From: an uncultured delta proteobacterium
GTDB lineage: Bacteria; Desulfobacterota; Syntrophobacteria; BM002
NCBI GenBank assembly: GCA_963712115.1
Contig: CAVQGX010000033.1
Location: 1-64,000 of the forward strand
Length of the DNA: 64,000 nucleotides
Direction: 5' to 3'
Shown here: in pieces, positions 31,135 to 40,053 of the stretch
Layout of the letters: every line of letters starts with the position of its first letter
Numbering within the stretch: the stretch's first letter is position 1
The notes under the pieces: generated by a model
Seen by the model: only the letters and a program-made list of their open reading frames with translations
The model's database searches: none
What the model was told of the DNA's origin: nothing
Position numbers and translations under genes: made by a program

Positions 31135-31980
31135 TTAGGCAGATTTTGCAAGATGCTCCTCCAAAACCCGCCCTAAAGCTCTAAGATGACCCTTTTCCTC
31201 CTCGGCTATATGAAAAAGAACCTCTTTAGTGGTAACATTGCTGCTCTCCGCCGCCATCCTCAGATAGAGATCCAGTGCTTGGGTCTCCACCATCATTGCC
31301 ACATCGATAACTCCGGTGACCGTCTGCAGAAACGAGTCATTCTTCGCCAAGAATTCCCCGATATCAACACCCCCCTCCATGACCACAGACTCGAGGTTCT
31401 CCTGAAATGCCTTAACCTCTTTAGGGTCCATTTCCCACTTGGAACTCACCTCCAGCAATCTTCTCATGTGGCTCTCTTCTGCTCTGACAAGATGACCGAG
31501 AAGTTCGACAAGTGCGGGATCTGTTGCCCTGGATCTCACTGTTTCATGGAAAGTCTTCAACCCCATTTCCATACTGTATGAGAGCTTAATGATCTCCTGA
31601 GGGGTTTCATCGCCCCGAACAAATTGCAGATGAAACTCCCTCGGACCTACCGCCGCGGGACCTTCCCATCCCTCCATGCCCCCTTCTAAATAGAACACCT
31701 CCTTGAAATCTTGATTGACCAGCAACTGCGCCGCCATCCGACTTCGTCCCCCCACCGCACAGTACACTATGATTGGCTTCTCCGCTTCCAGGACCTCGAG
31801 AGAGTCAACCAGTTCCGGCAATGGAACCAGTTTTGCCCCGGGCAGGTGCTCTTCTTCGTACTCCGGCGGCTGCCGTACATCCAAGAGAGTATAAGTGCCC
31901 TCTGCATGTTGGGACATGAACTCCTCGGCATCCTCTGGAAACATTACTTCCGCGCCTGAGGATTGTTGAGTTGATGTCAT
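31135..31980 (-). CDS. rhodanese domain fused to a ferritin/rubrerythrin-like domain
   Basis: LDVRQ..EY..HLPGA and YCAVGGRS; C-terminal ExxH pairs (EESH, EKGH). Confidence 0.85.
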   Translation of the reverse strand: MTSTQQSSGAEVMFPEDAEEFMSQHAEGTYTLLDVRQPPEYEEEHLPGAKLVPLPELVDSLEVLEAEKPIIVYCAVGGRSRMAAQLLVNQDFKEVFYLEGGMEGWEGPAAVGPREFHLQFVRGDETPQEIIKLSYSMEMGLKTFHETVRSRATDPALVELLGHLVRAEESHMRRLLEVSSKWEMDPKEVKAFQENLESVVMEGGVDIGEFLAKNDSFLQTVTGVIDVAMMVETQALDLYLRMAAESSNVTTKEVLFHIAEEEKGHLRALGRVLEEHLAKSA

Positions 31981-32208
31981 TTCAAACCTCCTCGAAGTGG
32001 AATGGAAAGAATTAAAGGAGTCAGGGTCAGCAGACAGCAGGCAACTGGCAGCTAGCGATTCAGACTAGTTCATTCGTTAAAAGCGTTAGAACCGTTGAAG
32101 TCACCTGCCGGCCATCGCGAGCCCCATCGGCATGCGAGGCTTCAGCTGTCAGCCGAGGCAGGACGACCACTCAGGCCGAAGCCGGGCGGGCTGAAACCGT
32201 TAAGTCGC

Positions 32209-32320
32209 TAGACTCTACTTGCGATTCGATGGCTCTATGCTCTTACACGCAAGGACGACGGAGCGAACTGACAATTTCGGCGAAGCCACCTGACGTGTAG
32301 TTGAATCAGACAACTAGTTG
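32209..32320 (+). repeat. family B repeat, diverged copy
   Basis: agactctacttgcgattcgatggctc...cggcgaagccacctgacgtgtag. Confidence 0.55.
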
Positions 32321-32538
32321 GTACCTCGCTGCCCCTAATGGTTAGTTGAAACCGCTGCCCGCCTTGTTCTGTGGAGAAAAAGACTAGTCAAAAAGTTTTT
32401 TTTGAGCTAGCATTAGTAGCTGACGGTTCTCGGGTTGATGGGAACCCCCCTGGAACTCTCAAGAGGTCCCGGTGATAGACAAAAAGTTCGCGAAATATCA
32501 ATTAGAACCGCGCCCTAAACGGTTGAAAAAATTGGACT

Positions 32539-33012
32539 ATGGAAAAGCGGCCGATTACAAGGAATGGTTATGAAAGGCTTCGTGCAGAGCTCTCTTTCCT
32601 CTGCCGCTTTGTCCGTCCCCAAGTCATAGAAGAACTTTGTAATGCCCGGGCCTACGGCTACAAAGCCAACAACCTGCAGTATTTTGCCGCTCGCGAGCGG
32701 CAGGCCTTTTTGGAGTGGAGAATAGACGATCTCCGCCGCAAGATCTCCCTTTCAGAAATCGTGGTAGGACAACAACTAATCTCCTCCATTGCCTGTTTCG
32801 GGGCTACAGTAGAGGTGGAGGATATAGATAATGGCGAACGGGCAACTTATCAGCTAGTAGGCCCCTTCGAAGCTGATGCCATGAACGGTCTGATTTCTAT
32901 TGACTCCCCCATGGGGCGCACCCTTTTAGGCCGAGGGGTGGGAGATGAAGTCATTGTCTACGCTCCAGGAGGCGTCCGTGCCTACCGCATTCTTTTTGTT
33001 GTCTCCACCTAA
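32539..33012 (+). CDS. GreA/GreB family protein, atypical
   Basis: PITRNGYERLRAEL, YFAARERQ, FGATV, YQLVG and ISIDSPMGR; coiled-coil tip is GYKANNLQY. Confidence 0.85.
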   Translation: MEKRPITRNGYERLRAELSFLCRFVRPQVIEELCNARAYGYKANNLQYFAARERQAFLEWRIDDLRRKISLSEIVVGQQLISSIACFGATVEVEDIDNGERATYQLVGPFEADAMNGLISIDSPMGRTLLGRGVGDEVIVYAPGGVRAYRILFVVST

Positions 33013-33093
33013 GCCCTCCAGCTTCCACCACCTTGCTTCGTTACAGTCTATGTCAAGTTATCGCTAGGAGCTCGCCCCTCATCGACCATCCTG

Positions 33094-33310
33094 GAAATCC
33101 GAAATCCCAAGCACCAAATCCTAAACAAATTCAAATTTTCTAAATTCAAAATTCAAAACAGCATAACCCGTTTTCTTGGACCAAGTCACTGAAGGAATGT
33201 TTTGTTTTGGTATTTGAAAATTGGGATTTCGATATTGTTTCGAAACCGGGAACCCGCCCCGCAGGGGTGGGAGTCCGAAGGACAATTTCGATATTAGATA
33301 TTCGGATTTA
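33094..33310. repeat. family C palindrome with a nested GC-rich insert
   Basis: aaatccgaaatcccaagcacc ... ttcggattt with insert cccgccccgcaggggtggg. Confidence 0.7.
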
Positions 33311-33365
33311 AGATGCCGCAACTGGAACCACCAGCAATAAAGATTAACTATCCAATCACCACTCC

Positions 33366-34820
33366 CTAACCTTTGATAACCCCCATAGGTCGTAAGCGCA
33401 CCACTTTCCTGCTGATCCCAGCCCCGTACACAACTTCAACCACCTGACTCACATCCTTGTAAGCCTCGGGGATCTCTTCCCTGACTGTTGCCTTCCCAGC
33501 GCTGCGGATTATAATTCCCTGATCCTCCAATTCCCGGACTATAGCCCTGCCTTGTGACACCTTCATTGCTTGCTTGCGACTCATAACCCTGCCAGCCCCG
33601 TGGCAGGTACTGCCATAGGTCTCTGCCATGGCCTGCTCCGTACCCACAAGTACATAGGAGTAACGTCCCATGTCTCCGGGGATGAGAACTGGCTGGCCAA
33701 CCTCTTTGTAATCATCAGGTATGTCCGGGTGATGGGGCGGAAAGGCTCGGGTGGCACCTTTCCTGTGGACACACACTTTCATTTCCTTGCCCGCCACTTT
33801 ATGGGTTTCGATCTTGGCGATGTTGTGGCAGACGTCATAGATAAGCCTGAGCCCCAGACGGTCGGAGCTCACTTGAAATACCTGCTCGAAGGTTTCTCGC
33901 ACCCAATGGTAGATTATCTGTCGATTAGCAAAAGCGTAGTTGGCGGCACCTGCCATGGCTGCTAGGTACTGCTTCCCTTCCTTTGAGCTCAATGGGGCGC
34001 AACACAGCTGGCGATCCGGTAGCTCGATGCCATATTTCTGGGTGGACTTCATCAGTATCTTGATATAGTCATCGCAAACTTGGTGTCCCAGCCCCCGTGA
34101 GCCGGTGTGTACGATAATCGTCACCTGATCTTTGAACAAGCCCAGGGCTCTGGCCGCATTCTCATCGTAGACTTCATCAACGTAACCAACTTCTACAAAA
34201 TGGTTGCCTGAACCAAGCGTACCTAACTGGGGCCTGCCTCTTTCAAGGGCCCTATTGGAGATCAGGCTGGGGTCCGCACCCTCTATGCAACCCCGCTCCT
34301 CAATAAATTTCAGATCCTCCTCATAGCCGAAACCCTGTTTAACTGCCCATCCGGCACCTTTGGCCAGCACCTTTTCCAGCTCTTTGTGGCTGAGTCTTAG
34401 ATCCTTTCGTTTGGAACCGACGCCTGAGGGAATGTTGCCAAAAAGTCCATCTACTAACTTCCTTATGTGTCCCGTTACTTCCTTGCGCTCCAGACCGGAA
34501 CGCACCAGTCGCACCCCTCAGTTAATGTCGTAGCCTACCCCTCCTGGGGAGACCACTCCTTGGTCCAGAGAAAATGCTGCCACTCCCCCTATGGGAAAGC
34601 CGTAGCCCCAATGGATGTCAGGCATGGCCAGTGAGTTACCCACGATCCCAGGTAGCCAGGCAACGTTGGCCACTTGCAGCAGACTCTTGTCCTTGCGGAT
34701 ATCGGCCATCATGGCCTCATTGGCGTAAACGATGCCGTCGGTGCGCATCTTTCCTTCTTTGACCACCCGCCAACGATATTCGTCGATTTTTTGCACCTTG
34801 ATGGAATCTCCTTTTTCCAC
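33366..34820 (-). CDS. rtcB: RtcB RNA-splicing/repair ligase, predicted selenoprotein (484 aa, Sec101)
   Basis: Two in-frame ORFs joined by one TGA at 34520-34518 in [47 protein letters not shown] and HGAGR are intact. GTG start at 34820 follows GGAGG. Confidence 0.9.
34484..34504 (-). promoter_or_regulatory. bacterial SECIS-like hairpin
   Basis: TGCGTTCC-GGTCT-GGAGCGCA: 8-bp stem with a G-initiated loop starting after 21 nt downstream of the UGA. Confidence 0.8.
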
Positions 34821-34858
34821 GACAAAACCTCCTATATCCAGTATCAAGAAACCAGAAT

Positions 34859-35287
34859 CTAGATATCAAATATAACCTGGGCTTGCCATCCCTGGTCTCT
34901 TTTAGCGACCTCTAGTTGATGATAGGTCACTGCTTTTATTTCTGTTTTCATCGTATGGATGTTTGGGTCAAAAACATCGCCCCAGGCAGTGGCCTCCAAT
35001 GAAAGGCCATGTATTTTGACCTGGAAGCGGGCAAAAACAAGGTCTTCCGTATCCAGTAGATAAAGGAGTTCCTGCAGCCAGCTCACCAGCAGGGTCTCCA
35101 CATCATCCTCCTCAAGTTTGAATCTCCGCTCCACCGGGCAATCAACTGAATCAACGCTGGTAACCAGCTCGGTAAAGGCTAATCCGGCGGTCTCAAAGAG
35201 ATCTTCAAGAGTCGGGGCCTCCACCCTGACGCCGGCGTCTGCCGTGTGGTCTATGAATTCAAAGGATCCCCTGGTGTGTTCGCTCAT
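34859..35287 (-). CDS. archease
   Basis: FIDHTAD, IKAVTYH and C-terminal FDI; directly upstream of rtcB. Confidence 0.93.
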   Translation of the reverse strand: MSEHTRGSFEFIDHTADAGVRVEAPTLEDLFETAGLAFTELVTSVDSVDCPVERRFKLEEDDVETLLVSWLQELLYLLDTEDLVFARFQVKIHGLSLEATAWGDVFDPNIHTMKTEIKAVTYHQLEVAKRDQGWQAQVIFDI

Positions 35288-35369
35288 GGTTTCTCAACTC
35301 ACCTTGCAAAGGATAAGCTTACGGCTTATGTGGTGGTCTCTGTTGCTCCCAAAGCTCATAGGCCATTTT

Positions 35370-35640
35370 AGGTTCATCCGGGATTTGCTTGGATGCCATG
35401 ATGTTCGAGGTAGATGAGGCAGGGGGAATTCCTCGACAAAGATGCATATTCGCATCTATGGGATTTCGGCTTGTGGTCCTTCAAAAGGGCTACCGCCGAC
35501 GCAGACGAGGGGTATTCCAGGCTGCCAGAGCAAAACACCGGTGGCTCAGATGCACTTTGACTCGGACCTCCCCCTGTCCGAGGGTAGCCGCAGTATCAAT
35601 GGCTGAAAGATGACCATGCAAGCAAATCCCGGATGAACCT
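35370..35640. mobile_element. 271-bp MITE-like element with perfect 22-bp TIRs
   Basis: AGGTTCATCCGGGATTTGCTTG ... CAAGCAAATCCCGGATGAACCT; no convincing coding content. Confidence 0.75.
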
Positions 35641-35923
35641 CATTTTATTTAGTATAGCATGCTCATCGGGAAGGTTACACTTTAGATAGTGTCCATCCGG
35701 AAATCCCCCCTCCACTTTTGCTTTAAGCTCGGTCAAGGTGGCGCTAAACAGACAATAAATGATCTGGACTTGGGCTGCCAGGTCGGATAAAATGTTTGCA
35801 TTTTGTTTTAATGCTTAATCTGAAGAGTTAAAAGCAACATGATTGCGGGTATTGGTAGATTTAATATCGAGGTTGGATCGTAGTCTCAGTGATTTCAAAC
35901 CAAAAAGAACAAAGGAGAGAGTG

Positions 35924-36751
35924 ATGAGAAATCGTTTTTTTATGTTAATTATTCTCTTAGGGATTCTGACGATGACTGTTGGTTTACCGAACTATATCTC
36001 AGCCCAAGGCATAGACTTGGAGGCGGAACATCCCAAAGAGGTCGCAGTCGAAGGTGAGACCGCTACCTCGTTAGGACTTGGTTTCGGGATCGTACCGGAT
36101 TACGAAGGATCAGAGGATTACACAGTGGTCCCCCTACCCTATCTCTCCGTGAAATTTGCCAATAACATGTCTATCCTGTGGGTTGCCAATAAGGCGAGAG
36201 CCAACCTGGTTCCAAGTGGCAACTGGATGGCGGGGCCTATTGTGGAGTATATCAGCTCGAGAGCTGATGTGGACAATAACAAGGTGGACAGGATGAAGAA
36301 TGTCGACGCTTCATTGATGCTCGGCGGCTTTGTTGGTTACAGAATTGATCGATTCAGCTTCACGCTCGAAGCGATGCAAGATGTTGCCGACGGAAATGAG
36401 GGGGTCATTGCAAGGTTGAAGGGGTCATACCACATGCCGATCGACGAAGAGTGGAGTGCGCTTTTCGTCGTGTACACGACATGGGCGGACAACGATTACA
36501 TGGAGGCGTATTTCGGGGTCGATCAAGCAGACTCGGCAAGAAGCGGGTTAAAGACATATGACGCCGACTCGGGGTTCAAGGACGTGGGGTTTGTCGTGCC
36601 GGTGACCTATAGTCCGTTTGAGCATTGGAGCTTCATGGGCGCTCTGGGTTATAAACGGCTTGTTGGGGATGCGGAGGACAGCCCGGTGGTGGATGACGCG
36701 GGTAATGCAAATCAATTCGTGGCGGGCGCGTTTGCTATCTACAAGTTCTAG
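35924..36751 (+). CDS. MipA/OmpV family outer-membrane protein
   Basis: Signal peptide, PDYEGS, YFGVD...SGL..YDA, RLVGDAEDSP and terminal F. Confidence 0.88.
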   Translation: MRNRFFMLIILLGILTMTVGLPNYISAQGIDLEAEHPKEVAVEGETATSLGLGFGIVPDYEGSEDYTVVPLPYLSVKFANNMSILWVANKARANLVPSGNWMAGPIVEYISSRADVDNNKVDRMKNVDASLMLGGFVGYRIDRFSFTLEAMQDVADGNEGVIARLKGSYHMPIDEEWSALFVVYTTWADNDYMEAYFGVDQADSARSGLKTYDADSGFKDVGFVVPVTYSPFEHWSFMGALGYKRLVGDAEDSPVVDDAGNANQFVAGAFAIYKF

Positions 36752-36919
36752 GGCATATTTCCCGCTTAGTATCTGGCTGCAAGCGGCATACTCATGAATT
36801 TATAACTTTTGTGGCTCGACTGATAATAACCCTCTTTCGATTAGGAGAAAGTACAGGATAAGAGGGTCTTGTGTGTCAAGCATCGAGAACGGCACATTAT
36901 AGGCTTCCCAGCAAGTAGA

Positions 36920-37564
36920 TCAACAGGAGATGTTCTTGATATAGCCTTCAACTACCTGCTTCGGATCAAGCTGCAGTGCTTCAGCGTAGGACTTGAGAAA
37001 GCTTATCAGATAAATCTTAGGCGGAAGATTGACCACATCGTCTTTTTCAATGGCGGCCAAAGCGGTGGGACTGATCTTGGTGGCCTCAAAAATCTCTTCT
37101 AACTCTATGCCCAGTGATTCACGTAAGTTTCTCAGATCTTTTCCGGAAATGTGATCACGCTTCAACATGGTGGTCACAAGATCTCCTGCTTTCTTTTCCT
37201 GAATCTTTTTCTTTATTCTTGCCAAGCTATTGTTATTTGCCCGAGCTTTACTTGTTAGGTAAATGGGTATTGCCTTCTTTTTCTCTCTGTCTGTCAATAT
37301 TTTGTCAGATGCTTCTCCTGTATTTACCAGATTATTGTCGTAAACCTTTCTCTTGTTATCGTCTATCAAAGTCAAAAAGGCATCTTCAATCTTTGACAAT
37401 ATCAGTTTTCGTTCATCTTCCGCAAAGAATGAATAGGTCGCCAACGAATTCTCTTCATAAATGGCCAGAATATGTTTGTACGCCTGCCTGATCTCAAAAG
37501 AAGATGCATTATAGGAAATCCTTAACAGTTCATAATAATTTAAATCTTCAAATTTTTTAATCAT
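36920..37564 (-). CDS. J-like domain plus HTH (RodZ-type) protein
   Basis: NYYELL...EIRQAY N-terminus; C-terminal LRESLGIELEEI...TKIS...AIE...LPPKIY...YAEAL. Confidence 0.75.
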   Translation of the reverse strand: MIKKFEDLNYYELLRISYNASSFEIRQAYKHILAIYEENSLATYSFFAEDERKLILSKIEDAFLTLIDDNKRKVYDNNLVNTGEASDKILTDREKKKAIPIYLTSKARANNNSLARIKKKIQEKKAGDLVTTMLKRDHISGKDLRNLRESLGIELEEIFEATKISPTALAAIEKDDVVNLPPKIYLISFLKSYAEALQLDPKQVVEGYIKNISC

Positions 37565-38484
37565 CTTTGAACTCTAACTCGAACAGACTCTTGTTTTTCT
37601 CCTGTGAGATTGCTAACCATGCTTTGCAGGTCAGAAACAGTTTTTGTATAGGGATATTTACTTATGAATATATTTCTGGCAATTATCGATTCATAAACTC
37701 GGTTGTCGTAGCTGATATTACCTAAGAAACCAAAACTAGGATAGAGATGTCTGTTGCATACCTCCACGAGTTGCTCTCCCAGGTTTTCATTAACCTGTCC
37801 ACGAAATTTATTAAGAATTAGTCTAAACTCCAAATTGCTCAGCAGATCTTCAAAGATTCTGCCCTTCTCGGGATCCCTGGCAATGAGAATGCTGATTAAA
37901 TCGAGGGGAGATTTGAGTGAACCTCTTGATAATTTTGCAATTTCCTCTTGGCAAGTGTGCCACATGTTGGCTTCTTTTAATGAAAGTTTCAACTTCCTCA
38001 AATAAACAGACTTCATGAAAATAAAGGTGTTTTCAATCGCTGTCGGTTCCGGAGTGGTTACAAAGAACCCTTCCGGAGCAATCAGAAAAAAGTCGAGGGT
38101 ATTGAAGTTTGTTCCCGGCCCTAAATCCAGAAGAATATAGTCAAAAGGCAAGCTCTTAATAGCATTGATTATCTTGAGTTTTTGAGCATAAAACAGATTG
38201 GCTATCTCCAAAGAGCATCTTGTTGAACTGATAAGGTAGAGGTTGGGTATAGTTGTAGTAAGTGCGACTTCTTCTAATTTGCTGGCGGTCTTGTCTATGT
38301 AACTGTCGAGACCCTTCTCCGGTATTCTCTCGCCTAGAAGGGTGTGAAGGTTGGAGGCGCCCAAATCTAGATCCACAAGTACCACTCTCTTGCCAAGCTT
38401 TGCCAGCAATATACCAAGGCTTGCTGCAATGAAGCTCTTTCCCGATCCCCCTTTTCCTCCGCCAATGGAATATATGCGCCGCAT
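37561..38484 (-). CDS. MinD/FlhG-like P-loop ATPase
   Basis: GGKGGSGKS, DLDLGASNLH, DLGPGT and TPEPTAIEN motifs. Confidence 0.88.
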   Translation of the reverse strand: MRRIYSIGGGKGGSGKSFIAASLGILLAKLGKRVVLVDLDLGASNLHTLLGERIPEKGLDSYIDKTASKLEEVALTTTIPNLYLISSTRCSLEIANLFYAQKLKIINAIKSLPFDYILLDLGPGTNFNTLDFFLIAPEGFFVTTPEPTAIENTFIFMKSVYLRKLKLSLKEANMWHTCQEEIAKLSRGSLKSPLDLISILIARDPEKGRIFEDLLSNLEFRLILNKFRGQVNENLGEQLVEVCNRHLYPSFGFLGNISYDNRVYESIIARNIFISKYPYTKTVSDLQSMVSNLTGEKQESVRVRVQR

Positions 38485-38727
38485 TTTTCTACCTTCGATC
38501 AGTAAACTGAGTTGTTGCCGGTCAAAAGACAGAACACCTTGGTTCAAGTAAGCAAATATTAGGCCAGCTGAGACTTAATCCCTCATCGCCTAGGGGCTGG
38601 GTATTTTCGCTACTCATGCCCTTTTGCCGTGCTCTGTTTTATGTTTTATTTTGTATACATTAGCGTCTTTCATGACACTTGCAGGGAGGAGTTCGGAAAA
38701 AGAATGAGAGGACAGAGGACAGACGAC

Positions 38728-38873
38728 AGATGGTTCAAAGTACTGAATATCCGCCCGCTTCGCCTGAGCGGCTCGCGATGGCGGGCAGGTCGAACAGCAG
38801 AACAAGAAACCGCAGAATGATGAAGTGATCACTTCGATATTCGAAATTCCTTGTTCGACATTCTGCGGTTCAA
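38728..38873 (-). repeat. family E repeat carrying a nested family F hairpin
   Basis: Matches 25511-25615. The insert at 38751-38789 resembles 42598-42638 and 32104-32190. Confidence 0.75.
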
Positions 38874-39075
38874 AGCCTGCGGCACAAATCCCAAATCTCA
38901 AGCACCAAAGTTCAAGGTGTCAGGTTTCGGGTGTCAGGTGTCAGTGAAGAGAAACACAAAAGCTGAAACCTGAACACTGAAACCTTAAACCTGAATTCTG
39001 GATTCTGACTCCTGGCTTCTTACTCTATGCTCCATGCCCCATGCTCTATGCCTTCCCAAATCTTCAATCTTTTTC

Positions 39076-39603
39076 TCAGTCCAGATTCGCCAGGGCTAAC
39101 TGGTAGCGCCGCATAGCCGCATCCTGGTGGATGGAAAATATTAGCGTTGTTGGTGGAGAACTGCCCGCAGCTTCTAACTTTGTCACTTGATCACACAGGC
39201 AGGACATAACTCGATATGCAGATATACAAGGCTCCAATAGCTCAAAACGATCCAGTCCCAGACAATTAACCTTGAGAGAAGCTACCTGCCAAATCAACTG
39301 ACGCAAGGTTTCCTCTACCGTCTCAGCCCGGCAATGTGGCTGCTTGTCGAAATCTAAAAGCACCAGCCGGTAAAGCCAGGTTGCAATCAGACCCTTGGCT
39401 TGGGCAGGAATGATCTCCCCCAGAGGTCGCGGTAGGGTGGCCTCGGCCCGGGCGATCAGCTCACCCATGGTGGTCTGTTGTTCTTCCAAAACAGCGTACG
39501 GATCAACGATCAGGTTCTTGTCTTCTGGGTAGGCGAGTGCATTAACCTCCAGGAGTGCGCCCTCTTTATCGGTAAGAATGACCTCTGGCCGTTTACTTGC
39601 CAA
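39076..39603 (-). CDS. hypothetical protein, possibly macro-domain-like
   Basis: SD AGGAG with TTG start; weak resemblance to the macro alpha/beta fold. Confidence 0.6.
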   Translation of the reverse strand: MASKRPEVILTDKEGALLEVNALAYPEDKNLIVDPYAVLEEQQTTMGELIARAEATLPRPLGEIIPAQAKGLIATWLYRLVLLDFDKQPHCRAETVEETLRQLIWQVASLKVNCLGLDRFELLEPCISAYRVMSCLCDQVTKLEAAGSSPPTTLIFSIHQDAAMRRYQLALANLD

Positions 39604-40053
39604 TCGCTCCTCTTTCGGGCAGAATTTTTACTCAGCCGGCTCAATGAAAACACGCCCCAGCAACCAAACTTCGCAACTGGTTATCACAAAACTACTGTAC
39701 TGACAATGGTGGCTTAGTCCCAAGGGGACGACGCAAGGCTTAAGGCTCAGGGCCTGTGTTAGCTAGCAGCAGACAACTGGCAGCTGGCAGAGCAATTTAG
39801 TTCAAAGTTCCATGTTCAAGGTTCCAAGTTTTCTGACTGATCTCAGACGCATTTCGAACTTGAAACTTTGAACTTGCTGAACATAACTCTATGCTCCATG
39901 CCCTATGCTCTATGCTATCTGAGCTGGCTCACAGGACCAGGTCTTACGGGCCCAGTAAATTGCCGCTTGTTTTTTGAGCGGGCTGGGATTAAGGTATCAG
40001 GAGAGCCAGTCATTATTACAACCATTGACCAGATCAACAGATAGGAGGGATTC

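Noticed and set aside
34518-34520. rtcB as a pseudogene, or genome-wide UGA reassignment
   Set aside because: The TGA falls exactly on the catalytic Cys and has a SECIS-like hairpin. Other genes (argJ, lysE, wbqC) end normally at TGA, and Trp is encoded by TGG.
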